From positions 45,386 to 109,385 of the IMG/VR virus record IMGVR_UViG_3300029959_000004: a stretch of DNA of 64,000 nucleotides; one strand, 5' to 3'. How positions within the stretch are numbered: position 1 is the stretch's first letter; every line of letters begins with the position of its first letter. Position numbers and translations under genes: made by a program. The DNA comes from a virus. Shown here piece after piece: positions 46,400-56,791 of this stretch. The notes under the pieces were generated by a model, which made no database searches, was not told the DNA's origin, and was given only the letters and a program-made list of their open reading frames with translations.

Positions 46400-47641
46400 T
46401 TATTTCTCTTTCACTACTGAAGCTATAATTTCTAATCCTTCCGTGAGAGCTTCGTCTGTAATCGTCAACGGCGGAGCTATTTTGACGCTATTTTTATGTG
46501 TTCTAATCAATAAAAGACCTTTCTTAAAACATTTCATAACTATTCTATCTGCTTCTTTTTCATTCTCAGTGTGTATAGCACATAATAAACCATTTCCTTC
46601 AACTTTCAATCCTAAATAATCCGTAAGAAAGTTAATCATAGAATATCCTAGTTTAGCAGAACGTTCTACTAACTTGTGTTTTTTTAAATACTTAAGATTA
46701 GCTAGCCCTGCCGAACAAGCAATAGGATTAGCTGAATGTGTAGAAGACATACTACCTACGTCTACACAGTCAATTATATCTTTTCTTCCTATAACTCCAG
46801 ACAGAGAAACACTAGAGCTAATACCTTTTCCTAGACAGATTAAATCAGGTCTATCTATATCATAGTGTTCATAAGCAAACATCTTGCCTGTTCTACCAAA
46901 CCCCCCCTGTATCTCATCAAAGCATACTAATATATCATTATTTTTAGCCCATTTAACTAAATATTGTATATATTGTTTAGGATAAAACTTAGCAGACCAT
47001 CCTTGATAACTTTCTATTATAATACCAGCAACACCTCTAGATTTACCATTGTCAAATATATTAATAAAACTTTCTATATTTTCTTGAAAAGGATTTATAT
47101 ATCCAACATCTTTATATTCTTCATTCGTATTAAAAGCCCAGCTGTTTTCTTTAGTTTCTCCTTTTAATCTTTCAGCTAACATTGTTCTTCCGTGCATAGC
47201 TCCTTTAACAGAATAAATAACATTTCTTCCTTTTTTTAATCCATAACTTTTCATTAATTTAACAGCAACTTCTGTGGCTTCTGTGCCTGCACTTACCAAG
47301 AAAGCTTTGCCTTTAGGATAGCAAGTTTCTATTAGTTCTTTTATAAAGTTATACCGCACTTCTGTTCCAAAAGTATATGAGTGAGCTAACGGTCTATTAA
47401 TCTTCTTTCTGATAGCATTCATAACATCTCTGTTACCGTGCCCACAGTTTGCTACACATATGCCACTTGTAAAATCAATAAATTGGTTACCGTGTCTATC
47501 CCAAACTAAAAAATCTTTAGCTTTATCCCAAACTACAGGTATCTGTCCTTGCATACTATGTGCTTCATATTTATTTAAATTTTTTAAAAGTTCTAAATCT
47601 TTAAAATGAGGCAGTTGTGTAACTATCTTAGCATATTTCAT
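46400..47641 (-). CDS. Class III PLP-dependent aminotransferase
   Basis: WDRHGNQFIDFTSG, GTEATE, HGRT, FDEIQGGFGRTG, PDLICLGKG. Confidence 0.92.
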   Translation of the reverse strand: MKYAKIVTQLPHFKDLELLKNLNKYEAHSMQGQIPVVWDKAKDFLVWDRHGNQFIDFTSGICVANCGHGNRDVMNAIRKKINRPLAHSYTFGTEVRYNFIKELIETCYPKGKAFLVSAGTEATEVAVKLMKSYGLKKGRNVIYSVKGAMHGRTMLAERLKGETKENSWAFNTNEEYKDVGYINPFQENIESFINIFDNGKSRGVAGIIIESYQGWSAKFYPKQYIQYLVKWAKNNDILVCFDEIQGGFGRTGKMFAYEHYDIDRPDLICLGKGISSSVSLSGVIGRKDIIDCVDVGSMSSTHSANPIACSAGLANLKYLKKHKLVERSAKLGYSMINFLTDYLGLKVEGNGLLCAIHTENEKEADRIVMKCFKKGLLLIRTHKNSVKIAPPLTITDEALTEGLEIIASVVKEK

Positions 47642-48324
47642 TTCATTAATCCTTTCGCTAGTTTAAAATCAAATTCATCGTCTATCTCCATTGTTCTTTC
47701 TGTTACAAAAGGCATTATAGAGTTACCATACAACTCGTTGTTTTCCAGTATTTGTTTGGTAACTAATATATCAACATAACCATTAGCACTATAAGACGTA
47801 GGAACTTGTTGATTTGGCAAGTTACTTAATTCTTTATTAAACGGCTCTAGATAGCAGTTCTTAATAGAATATGTTTTATATATACTTTCCTTCATCTCTT
47901 CTACGCTTCTTAAAGAAGAATATTTAGTACTGTCAAACTTTTTCATAGCTTTTCTTACTATGTTAGCGTCTCTAAAAGGAGTAGTAGGTCTTAAAAATAT
48001 CAATTGATCTGGATATTCTCTTTTTGTTATGTAATATTCATCTAAGAGATGTTTGATCCAATCTAAATCAGTTGAAATATTTGAAGCTAACTCTATCGGC
48101 CTCTTGATATTTATAAAAGTGGAGCGTACTAAACTATCAGAAAAATCGCTAACAGCTTTCAGTATCTCGTCTGAGTCTGAAGAAACATATACTGGCAAAC
48201 TAAGCATTCTCGCTACTCGTAGAGTATATTCTATTAGTTTATGTTTCCCAAGATTTTTAATATTCTTGTTCTTTACTCTTTGACTACCTGAACGAGCTCC
48301 GCAAATTACAATTCTATTGTACAT
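47638..48324 (-). CDS. neuA: CMP-nonulosonate (acylneuraminate) cytidylyltransferase
   Basis: ARSGSQRVKNKNI, LRPTTPFR, ANG, EIDDEFDF. Confidence 0.88.
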   Translation of the reverse strand: MYNRIVICGARSGSQRVKNKNIKNLGKHKLIEYTLRVARMLSLPVYVSSDSDEILKAVSDFSDSLVRSTFINIKRPIELASNISTDLDWIKHLLDEYYITKREYPDQLIFLRPTTPFRDANIVRKAMKKFDSTKYSSLRSVEEMKESIYKTYSIKNCYLEPFNKELSNLPNQQVPTSYSANGYVDILVTKQILENNELYGNSIMPFVTERTMEIDDEFDFKLAKGLMK

Positions 48325-49153
48325 CTTTAGTTCTCCAAAGTTTTTCTCTAATCTTCATTTCCGAAGGCGTTATAACCTTTCTACCGTCTCCCAGTTGCTT
48401 TTCAGCGTCTTTAATATAATCGACCATTTTTTTAAATCCATTAATTTCTATTGAAGATGCTTGGTCACTCCCATACATTGTCCTATCTAAAGTTATGTGG
48501 GCTTCTATAGAACTTGCTCCCAAAACAACAGCTAATACGGGAGGAATAATACCGGGAGAATGACTACTAAACCCCACTTTACAATTGAAAGTGTCTTTCA
48601 GAGTATTTATAGTTAGTAAGTTCAAATCTTCATCGGGACAGGGATAGGTACTGTTACAAGACATCAGTTCATAACTACAGTCATATTCTTTAAAAATATT
48701 AATAGCATAATCAATCTCTTGTATCGTAGACATACCGGTAGAAATGAAAGTATATTTCCCTTCTTTAGCTATTTCTCTTAATAATTCTTCATGACCCAAT
48801 CTAGCTGAGGCTACTTTATTATATTTACAGTCGTATTTCTTCATAAATTCTAAACTTGATAAATCCCAAGAAGATACCATCAAATCTATCTTCTGTAAAT
48901 CACAATATTTCTTTATAATATCATATTCTTCTTCATTAAATTCTAACTGCTCCTTCAAATCCCTATTTGATAATCCAAAAGGAGACTCTCTATATTTATC
49001 TAACTCTTCTTTGGTGTATGTAGAATTTACATTTCTCTTTTGTAGTTTAAATACATCCGCACCAGCGAACACTGCACCGTCAATCAATTTTTTACACAAT
49101 TCTATATTTCCAAGATGATTAATCCCGGCTTCAGCGACGATTAATGTCTTCAT
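48314..49153 (-). CDS. neuB: Nonulosonic acid synthase (NeuB family, no C-terminal SAF domain)
   Basis: AEAGINHLG, FKLQK, KVASA, ISTGMS, STYP, GFSSH, EAHITLDRTMYGSDQ. Confidence 0.92.
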   Translation of the reverse strand: MKTLIVAEAGINHLGNIELCKKLIDGAVFAGADVFKLQKRNVNSTYTKEELDKYRESPFGLSNRDLKEQLEFNEEEYDIIKKYCDLQKIDLMVSSWDLSSLEFMKKYDCKYNKVASARLGHEELLREIAKEGKYTFISTGMSTIQEIDYAINIFKEYDCSYELMSCNSTYPCPDEDLNLLTINTLKDTFNCKVGFSSHSPGIIPPVLAVVLGASSIEAHITLDRTMYGSDQASSIEINGFKKMVDYIKDAEKQLGDGRKVITPSEMKIREKLWRTKDVQ

Positions 49154-50013
49154 TATTTCTCCTTTTTAATAGTCAAAACTATAGTATCTGATTTCTTTAA
49201 TATTCTACACAAGTACCATTTATATAGATTATCAAGAATTGGTATATTTATCTTTAGATTTGTTGGTTTCTTTCTAATTAGCCAGTTTAAATGATTAACT
49301 ATTCCGTAATTCTGTTTTCTTTCTACGGTACAGTTAATTATCTTATTTCTATATAATAAACCACTTACGGTTTCTATAGTATAGAAGAAATGATGATCTG
49401 GTCTATAATAAAACTTCTCAAACTCTTTAATCTTATATATAGTCAATAAAGGATCTTCTAGATTAGGAAATTCCAGTAATATAGTTCCGTTATCTTTTAG
49501 TAAATCTTTCAATCTACTTATAAACTTAATCGGATCTTTCATATGTTCTAAAATATGTAGTCCATAAATAAAATCATATTTAGCGTTGTCTAACTCTTTA
49601 TCAAAAATATCATTACAGTAAATTTTAGCTTTCTCATCAGTTACTGAGAAGTCTTTATCTATGCCAACAATATGATATTTATGTTTAGTCAAATATCTAA
49701 CATTACTCCCAGAACCACAACCTACTTCTAATATAGAGTAATTTCTGTTAATATATCTTTTTATATATTTGCTAATACGATCAGAAGGAGTTTTCTGATT
49801 TGAGAAATCTTTCTGCTGATTATAATTTTTATATATCTTCTCCAGTTCTTTATCACTCCATTGAGGTATTAACTGTACTGTTTTACAGTTCTTACACTCC
49901 ACTATCTTTCTTCTAGTATTATAACACTTAAATCTAATCTCATCTTTTCTTGCTATCGTTCTTGATTTAAACAAGTCTTCTCCACAAATACTACAATGCA
50001 TTTTTTTCTCCAT
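49153..50013 (-). CDS. Class I SAM-dependent methyltransferase with N-terminal Zn ribbon
   Basis: CSIC..CKNC, ILEVGCGSG, HILEH..DP. Confidence 0.88.
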   Translation of the reverse strand: MEKKMHCSICGEDLFKSRTIARKDEIRFKCYNTRRKIVECKNCKTVQLIPQWSDKELEKIYKNYNQQKDFSNQKTPSDRISKYIKRYINRNYSILEVGCGSGSNVRYLTKHKYHIVGIDKDFSVTDEKAKIYCNDIFDKELDNAKYDFIYGLHILEHMKDPIKFISRLKDLLKDNGTILLEFPNLEDPLLTIYKIKEFEKFYYRPDHHFFYTIETVSGLLYRNKIINCTVERKQNYGIVNHLNWLIRKKPTNLKINIPILDNLYKWYLCRILKKSDTIVLTIKKEK

Positions 50014-51336
50014 TTAATTATGACGAAAGCCTCTCCACGTTAAGTCTTTCTCTATATAAAGTCTCTTTAGTTGTTTCTCTGCTGAGTATATTTTATTCTT
50101 ATAGTAGTTACATAACAACTGAAAGTTAGCACTATATAAAGCTTTATAAAATTCTTCGTCAGTTAACTCTGTAAAATTTATACTTAATAAGTCACTGTTT
50201 TTAAGTTTTTTCTCATAAAAATTCGCAGTATCTTTAACTAAATTCTTTTCTTTTGCTGTTTCAAATAACTCTGACCCCGGATAAGGTTGTACTGGTGATA
50301 TAGTTCTTAACTGAGCCCCATCATCATATTTAATTAAAAACTCTATTGCTTTCTTGAGAGTTTCTTTATTATCTCCTATGTTTCCAAACATTATGTTAAG
50401 ACCTGGACTAATTCCTTCTTTTAAAGTAGCTTCTACACCATTAATAATCTGAGATACTGTTAAATCTTTTTTTATGTTAGTTAGAACTTTGTCATCTAAA
50501 CTCTCTATACCGTAATTAATAAATATACATCCTGCTTTCTTAAGCAATTTTAGTATTTCTGAATCTGTATAGTTTAATCTACCTTCACATCGCCATTTAA
50601 TATTTAAAGGAATTAAAGCTTCCGCTAATTCTACCGTACGTTGTTTAGAAGTGAATGTTAAATCATCTGCAAAATCTATATAAGTTATATTATATTTGTC
50701 TTTAAGAAATTTAATTTCAGAAACTATTTTTTTAACACTTCTTAATCTTACTCCAGGAACATTTCTGTAGCAAAATGTACATCTTCCCCAACATCCTCTT
50801 CCAGTAAGCATAGACATTGAAAATTCATTGTTACTTATGTTAGGAAATCTTTGTAGACGATAATATGAAATAGGAAACATATCATAAGCTGGAAACGGTA
50901 AATCATCTAGATTTTCTACTAACTTTCCTTCTTGTATTCTATCATTTGTTAAATTTTGAAAAGTTAACTCTCCTTCTCCCTTTATGCAAACGTCAGCCTC
51001 AGTCTTTCTAAGAAAATATTCAGGATCTGCTGACGGCATATGACCACCGATAATATACTTAAACTTTTTTCTGTTAATGGAAGCGTTAACAGCTTTACTA
51101 AACGATAATAATGTTTTATAAGTATAATAACCAGCTATGCTCCCAACAGCTACTATATCAAAATGATTGTTATCTAAATATTCGGTTATATGCTCGTTTG
51201 GATAGTGATTAACGTCTTGATTATAAATCACTATCTCATTACCCGCTTCTCTTAGAACACTAGCAAGGTAAGCTACTCCTAGAGGGAATGAGTGAATATA
51301 GTTCGAATTATTTAGCACAGATAAGAGAATTTTCAT
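50014..51336 (-). CDS. B12-binding radical SAM enzyme
   Basis: PLGVAYLAS, IIGGHM, GEGE, GRGCWGRCTFC, GIES. Confidence 0.92.
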   Translation of the reverse strand: MKILLSVLNNSNYIHSFPLGVAYLASVLREAGNEIVIYNQDVNHYPNEHITEYLDNNHFDIVAVGSIAGYYTYKTLLSFSKAVNASINRKKFKYIIGGHMPSADPEYFLRKTEADVCIKGEGELTFQNLTNDRIQEGKLVENLDDLPFPAYDMFPISYYRLQRFPNISNNEFSMSMLTGRGCWGRCTFCYRNVPGVRLRSVKKIVSEIKFLKDKYNITYIDFADDLTFTSKQRTVELAEALIPLNIKWRCEGRLNYTDSEILKLLKKAGCIFINYGIESLDDKVLTNIKKDLTVSQIINGVEATLKEGISPGLNIMFGNIGDNKETLKKAIEFLIKYDDGAQLRTISPVQPYPGSELFETAKEKNLVKDTANFYEKKLKNSDLLSINFTELTDEEFYKALYSANFQLLCNYYKNKIYSAEKQLKRLYIEKDLTWRGFRHN

Positions 51337-51482
51337 CTGACGGAGACAACACCTTCCATTTTTCCAGTACCTTTACAGTCAGGACAGTTCTCTTCTTCAT
51401 TTGTCACGTTCTTACCAGTTCCATCGCAAGCGGGACAAGTAATGATTACTTTCTCTCCAGGTTTCTTAAATTTTGGAATCAT
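51333..51482 (-). CDS. Stand-alone DnaJ-type zinc-finger peptide (49 aa)
   Basis: MIPKFKKPGEKVIITCPACDGTG...CPDCKGTG; ATGA-coupled, SD GAGGAG. Confidence 0.7.
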   Translation of the reverse strand: MIPKFKKPGEKVIITCPACDGTGKNVTNEEENCPDCKGTGKMEGVVSVR

Positions 51483-52197
51483 TTTTAATCTCCTCTATAG
51501 TTTGATTATATGTTAATTTACGAAATACATTATATGTAGATACGTCAGAACAATTAATTATACTCGGTATATATCCAAATATAGAACGCATAATGGGATT
51601 AAAGGAACTATTGATGTTATTTGTATCTCCAGTCATATTGTAAGACACATTATCAGCTAATTTTTTATCTTCTAATATTAGTTCCGGTTTGTAATAAGAA
51701 GATACTGAATTATCATAAATACCACCACCGTCAGCACCAAACAATATGATTGTTTTCGCATTAAGTTTGAGCAAGCAAGCAATATATAAATGTAAACTAA
51801 CACAAAATTGGTTGCAATCAAATCCAAGATTTTCTCCGTAAATAATTTTATTTTTATATTTCTCATTAAAGTCGCTTCCTATTCTATTTCTTAAATCATA
51901 TAAATTATCTTTACCTTGTTTTAGAGTAATATAAGTAGTGTTTTCTCTGTTTAGATACTCTATTAATCTTGGTAATCTAACTCTACTCTCATATTCTACA
52001 TTATTTTTAACAGTAGAACAGTCAAATACTATATCAAAAGACTTGTTTATCTTCTTTAATATCTCTTCACTTGGATTAAAGTAATTCATACCACACCAAA
52101 CTATATTTAAGTTTCTAAACTCTTCTATTCTAGACTCAAGTTCAGAAAGACTACTACCGTGTGCTACTATGGCACATATTTTATTACTCAAATCCAT
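51466..52197 (-). CDS. Maf/DUF115-like (sialyltransferase-fold) transferase candidate
   Basis: CAIVAHGSSL, IILFGADG, IINCS motifs. Confidence 0.65.
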   Translation of the reverse strand: MDLSNKICAIVAHGSSLSELESRIEEFRNLNIVWCGMNYFNPSEEILKKINKSFDIVFDCSTVKNNVEYESRVRLPRLIEYLNRENTTYITLKQGKDNLYDLRNRIGSDFNEKYKNKIIYGENLGFDCNQFCVSLHLYIACLLKLNAKTIILFGADGGGIYDNSVSSYYKPELILEDKKLADNVSYNMTGDTNNINSSFNPIMRSIFGYIPSIINCSDVSTYNVFRKLTYNQTIEEIKNDSKI

Positions 52198-53003
52198 TCG
52201 CCTTTTTCCCCTTGACTGATAGTATATAAAGTATCATTATTATCATATTTTTGTACGTTAATATCAGTTCTAAATCTCAGAAAAGTTTCTTTCCCTTCTG
52301 GATTTCTACTTACCCAAAGATTTCTTAATGTACTAAAATCTTGTTGATGATACTTTCTAAAACTGCCACTATTACTGTGCTTATTGTGTATAGCCCAAAC
52401 CATAGCTGTGGGACACAGTGCGTTTGCTGTATGACCGCTAGCAGATTTAATTCTAAATAATAAATCGTTTTCACATTGTCCAGTAATGAATCTATTGTCG
52501 TAACCACTCATCTCTTGATATAAACCGTTAGCTATAACAAAGAAAGGAAACAATAAAGGAGAAGTACGTCTTTCAGGTGGCATCTCTCTATCCTTAGCTA
52601 CTATATAATGTGTATAAGATGTTTCTGCACAAAAAGCGTCTTCAAACATTCTAAAACCATAAGCTATTTTATATTTATTATAATTAGTGTTTTCTGGGAA
52701 GTCTTTTATAAACTTATACATATTATCTAAAGCTCCCCTGTGATCAGGAGTAAAATAAACTGCGTCATCCGCTGTTATTGACACATACTCTCCCTTAGCT
52801 TCCATAAATCCTATATGTGTACACTGAGCTGGCTTTACAGAGGTTTCTATCCATCTAGCGTTAGACGGTAACTCTTCTATTGGAGATTTGGGACCAATAA
52901 ATAGTACTTCCCAATTTAGTTCATTGTCTTTTAAAGAATCACAAAACTCTTTCCAATACTGAGGTCTTATACTTGGGCATATTAAGGAGAATTGTTTGTT
53001 CAT
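52188..53003 (-). CDS. GT2-like glycosyltransferase, paralogue of 43874-44605
   Basis: SLICPSIRP, AKGEYVSITADD, GYDNRF, CENDL, shared C-terminal SQ..GxW. Confidence 0.85.
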   Translation of the reverse strand: MNKQFSLICPSIRPQYWKEFCDSLKDNELNWEVLFIGPKSPIEELPSNARWIETSVKPAQCTHIGFMEAKGEYVSITADDAVYFTPDHRGALDNMYKFIKDFPENTNYNKYKIAYGFRMFEDAFCAETSYTHYIVAKDREMPPERRTSPLLFPFFVIANGLYQEMSGYDNRFITGQCENDLLFRIKSASGHTANALCPTAMVWAIHNKHSNSGSFRKYHQQDFSTLRNLWVSRNPEGKETFLRFRTDINVQKYDNNDTLYTISQGEKGEWI

Positions 53004-53755
53004 AATTTACACTCCTGATACTTATCTATATATTGGCTCAATTTTTCTACGTTTCTTGCTACGTATTTATCTGCTCTTGGAGCTGATATTCCTAAACTGT
53101 GAGCATACACATCTAAATCGTCCTTTGGTCTTCTACCTGATCGAAAGGACAAATGTTTGATAATGATACAATCTCTCAAATCAACTACTCTATTTATAGC
53201 TCGATATGTGGCGGCTAACGCCCAATCTGCTCCGTCTCTAACAAATTCGGGGTCAAAAGCATAACCTAATACATCTATCGCTTTCTTAGAAAGAAGAGGA
53301 AAACAAGCCATCCAATTGTTTATGTTTCTGTGAGGCTCTCTTTCAAAGTCTTCCGGCATTCCGTAAAGTATTCCGTCTGGATGTATTCTCTCAAATTCAG
53401 ATAATTTATTCCAAGCTCTGTCATCCCATCCGTGCAGTTCGAACAAAGCGTCATCATTAGAAAATATAATGTATTTCCCCTGAGCGAAATTAACAGAACA
53501 CCAATTATGATAGTCTTTTACTAGATTGGGAGAACGCTCTCTACAATGAAAAAACGTCTCAACCGCCGGGGTTATGGTAAATTCGTTTATAAAAGCGTTC
53601 TTTACATAACTATCTGTTATAACATCGTCATTATCATAAATAACTCTAATTTCTACTTCATTCTTATTTATAGTACTTTCATAAATACTCTTCAGTAGAT
53701 TGTGTAACATTATTACTCTAGTTCTAGTAGTTATCAGAATTGAGAAACTTTTCAT
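53000..53755 (-). CDS. GT2-like glycosyltransferase
   Basis: SILITTRTR, GKYIIFSNDD, CFPLL, ADW. Confidence 0.85.
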   Translation of the reverse strand: MKSFSILITTRTRVIMLHNLLKSIYESTINKNEVEIRVIYDNDDVITDSYVKNAFINEFTITPAVETFFHCRERSPNLVKDYHNWCSVNFAQGKYIIFSNDDALFELHGWDDRAWNKLSEFERIHPDGILYGMPEDFEREPHRNINNWMACFPLLSKKAIDVLGYAFDPEFVRDGADWALAATYRAINRVVDLRDCIIIKHLSFRSGRRPKDDLDVYAHSLGISAPRADKYVARNVEKLSQYIDKYQECKL

Positions 53756-53858
53756 TTTTACTCCTAAAATATTCTATCCAATATTTTCTATTTCCATTAG
53801 TTTTTGCATGACATTTTCTACAAATAGATATTAGATTATTAATTTCATTATATAAATT

Positions 53859-55310
53859 CTATCTTTCTATAATTAAAGTTGATTTTGAGGATAAAGAATC
53901 CATTCTTTGTTTTATCTCATTTCTTATTTTTTTAGTCTCTTTCGGGAAAGAGAATATTTTGTTTTCTATATGATAGTTGTATACACAACGTCTAATAAAA
54001 CCAAAAAATCTATTTGCTGGTATATTCTTTATAATCCACATACCAAAGTAACGAGATAAGCCGGATAGTTTAGAAACTAAACAACCGAGAGCATAAATAT
54101 TATATCTAATATTTTTTTCTTTCTCACTAAAACAGTTTAGAGGAGACTTCTGAAACATATGAGTCATATCTCCTACAAATGTATCTTTATCTATATATTT
54201 ATGTTCTATACAGTAATCGTAAAGTTTAGTGCCTTTCATAGGTTCAGTTGTAGTATAGTTTACATAAGTTACTTTTGCTCTCCTACTTACTTCTATAGTA
54301 TTTAAATCGTCTTCTAATGTAGATTCTGGTGTAGCTAACATAAAATTAACAAAAGTGTTTATATCATAGCTTTTAATTCTTTTTAGTTCATATTCTATAT
54401 TCACATCTCTCATACTTCTATTCAACACTTTTTCTCTAACGTGTTGAGAGAGACTGTCTACAGATAAATTAACAGAGTAACATCCCGCTTTCTTGAGTAG
54501 TTTTAGAATATCGTCATCTACTCTATCAAACCGCAAATAACAGTTGAACGGTTTTCCTATTCTTTTGGAATATTTTTCACTAAATTCTTTTAGCCAGTCA
54601 TCAGCTTTCATAGCGAATAAATCATCTCCCATCTTAACAAAATCCATCTTGTATCTTTCTTGCACATATTCTATTTCTTTAATAATTCTTTCAACTGAAA
54701 ATCGTCTAAACAATGTACCTTTATTTTTATAAAGCTCGTGATAATGCACGTTGCAACAATAATTACACCGGAAAAAACATCCACGACTAGTATAAAAGGT
54801 TTTCTTCGGAATATTCTTTAACCAGGAATTAGATAATACCAAATCTCTGTCAGGAAAAGGCATTTCATCTAAGTTGCTAATCAGATTTCTTACTGGATTA
54901 ATACCTTTAGGAGTAATAAGATTCTCTACATCATCATAATTTCTATCTTGTTCTAATCTATCTAAAAACTCTTCAAAAACTAATTCCCCCTCTCCTCTGC
55001 AAAATACATCAATACCACTATCTTCATATGTTTCTGGAGAGAAAGTTGCTTGAGGACCTCCCAAAATTGTTACGCATTTATGAATGTCTTGAGCCTGCTT
55101 ATTAGCTTCTATCAATTCTTTAAATCCCATTATATTAGCAGAATAAGCTATTACATCTGGTCTAATTGTATCTACCGTTTTTCTAAAATCGTGACTTCTC
55201 AAAGAACAAAAATAAGTACTATGTTTTCTTTGTTTAGCTACCGCCGATAGATAAGATATTGCTATATGATCAGCAAAATCTAATTGTTGTATTACGAATA
55301 GTATTTTCAT
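53859..55310 (-). CDS. B12-binding radical SAM enzyme
   Basis: ILGGPQAT, GEGE, SRGCFFRCNYC. Confidence 0.92.
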   Translation of the reverse strand: MKILFVIQQLDFADHIAISYLSAVAKQRKHSTYFCSLRSHDFRKTVDTIRPDVIAYSANIMGFKELIEANKQAQDIHKCVTILGGPQATFSPETYEDSGIDVFCRGEGELVFEEFLDRLEQDRNYDDVENLITPKGINPVRNLISNLDEMPFPDRDLVLSNSWLKNIPKKTFYTSRGCFFRCNYCCNVHYHELYKNKGTLFRRFSVERIIKEIEYVQERYKMDFVKMGDDLFAMKADDWLKEFSEKYSKRIGKPFNCYLRFDRVDDDILKLLKKAGCYSVNLSVDSLSQHVREKVLNRSMRDVNIEYELKRIKSYDINTFVNFMLATPESTLEDDLNTIEVSRRAKVTYVNYTTTEPMKGTKLYDYCIEHKYIDKDTFVGDMTHMFQKSPLNCFSEKEKNIRYNIYALGCLVSKLSGLSRYFGMWIIKNIPANRFFGFIRRCVYNYHIENKIFSFPKETKKIRNEIKQRMDSLSSKSTLIIER

Positions 55311-55838
55311 TTAATCGTAGAAAAGATCCTGTCTCTCTATAATTAATATTGAAGTATCTGTTTTTCTAGCAAAATCATATACGTAATGCACTTCTTGTAC
55401 ATCATTTAATTTAAATACAGGGAACTTGCAAGCTACTTTCAATAACTCTGTTAAATCTTGACTGTGTTGTATGCCAGCCTTCTTAAGGCCTATAGTGGTT
55501 CTAAATATTATTTTTGGTTTATATAACCCTCTACTTAACTTCTCAAAGCAGTTTAGATGATTAACTATGGCATCCATGGCTCTGGGTAAGAAGTCACATC
55601 TCTGATATATGGACACCGGTAAAAATCCCTCTAAAGATAATCCCAAACTCAGAGAGAGTTGAAGCTCCTCTGCTACAGGCATCTCAACTCTTCTGTTCAA
55701 AGAAATGTCTTTGAGAGTAGAGTAGTGGTCTTCGCTAGCAACCTGTTGCCCAAGAAATATTACTTTAGGATTTTCTGCTAGTTTAATATTCTCTTCGACT
55801 ATTGCTCTGTGATAATTACTATAAGGTTTAAATGTCAT
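55311..55838 (-). CDS. TPP enzyme beta subunit (pyrimidine-binding domain, E1-beta/transketolase-like)
   Basis: IFLGQ, EMPVAEE, RCDFL..AMDAIVNH, QHSQD. Confidence 0.85.
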   Translation of the reverse strand: MTFKPYSNYHRAIVEENIKLAENPKVIFLGQQVASEDHYSTLKDISLNRRVEMPVAEELQLSLSLGLSLEGFLPVSIYQRCDFLPRAMDAIVNHLNCFEKLSRGLYKPKIIFRTTIGLKKAGIQHSQDLTELLKVACKFPVFKLNDVQEVHYVYDFARKTDTSILIIERQDLFYD

Positions 55839-56791
55839 ATTTCACTTTTTTCTAAAATTGTTAATAATCTAATATTAAAAATTTTAAAATATTCAATCCA
55901 ATATTCTCTATTAGTGTTAGTTTTTATATGGCAACTATTACACAAACTTATCAAATTATCTACATTTATATTCATTTTATCATAATTAATATGATGAATA
56001 CAAAGTTTACGTTTACATTCTGTTTCTGATACTCCACATATTTGGCATTTATAACCATCTCTAAATCTAATTTGTTCTTTAAAAGTTTTGTTCCAACCTA
56101 ATGGATATATTTTAAAAGATTTATTTTCTTTCCAAAGTGGACTATTTTCTCCAGTATATTCTCCTCTCATAGCTTTACAACATGAACATGGGCAATCTAT
56201 TTTATGAATTTCTCTTAATTTTTGTCCTTTATGCGAATTAGATAATTTTTGTATATGTTCTTTTGTTAATTTTATACCCCTGGTAGAATGCCCAGAAATA
56301 AATTTTTGTATAGAATTTATCTTACATTCAAAAGTTATTCCACATCCACAATTACAGAATCTATTTTCAATTGGAATTTTTCTTTTAGATGGAAGATTTC
56401 TATTATTATGCCCACTTATAAATCTTTTTGTAGAATTAACTTTACATTCAAAACTAATACCACAACCACAAATACAATATCTTATTTCTAAAGGAATTTT
56501 CCTCTCTTTTTGTCTTAACCATCCCTTTTGTAAATTTTTAATTGGAGGATTTTGTTTTGTATAATGACCATTAATAAATCTCTTTTTAGAAGTAACAATA
56601 CACTCAAATTTATTATTGCATCCACAACTACAATTTCTTTCTTCTCGTTGTTTTATTTTTAATACTGCGACTTTCAAAACTTTTTCATTAGTTTCTTTAG
56701 TTAATCCCTTATTCCAAGGTATTTGCCCCTTTTTAAATTCAGTCAAAGGATGAATTCCTTTTTTAAATTGACCAGAATTAGAACATAACAT
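55835..56791 (-). CDS. HNH homing endonuclease with three CxCGC repeats
   Basis: GQFKKG..PWNKG, three C.CGC..FEC...FI.GH units, RDGYKCQIC..IHHINYDK..NLISLC.SCH. Confidence 0.88.
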   Translation of the reverse strand: MLCSNSGQFKKGIHPLTEFKKGQIPWNKGLTKETNEKVLKVAVLKIKQREERNCSCGCNNKFECIVTSKKRFINGHYTKQNPPIKNLQKGWLRQKERKIPLEIRYCICGCGISFECKVNSTKRFISGHNNRNLPSKRKIPIENRFCNCGCGITFECKINSIQKFISGHSTRGIKLTKEHIQKLSNSHKGQKLREIHKIDCPCSCCKAMRGEYTGENSPLWKENKSFKIYPLGWNKTFKEQIRFRDGYKCQICGVSETECKRKLCIHHINYDKMNINVDNLISLCNSCHIKTNTNREYWIEYFKIFNIRLLTILEKSEI

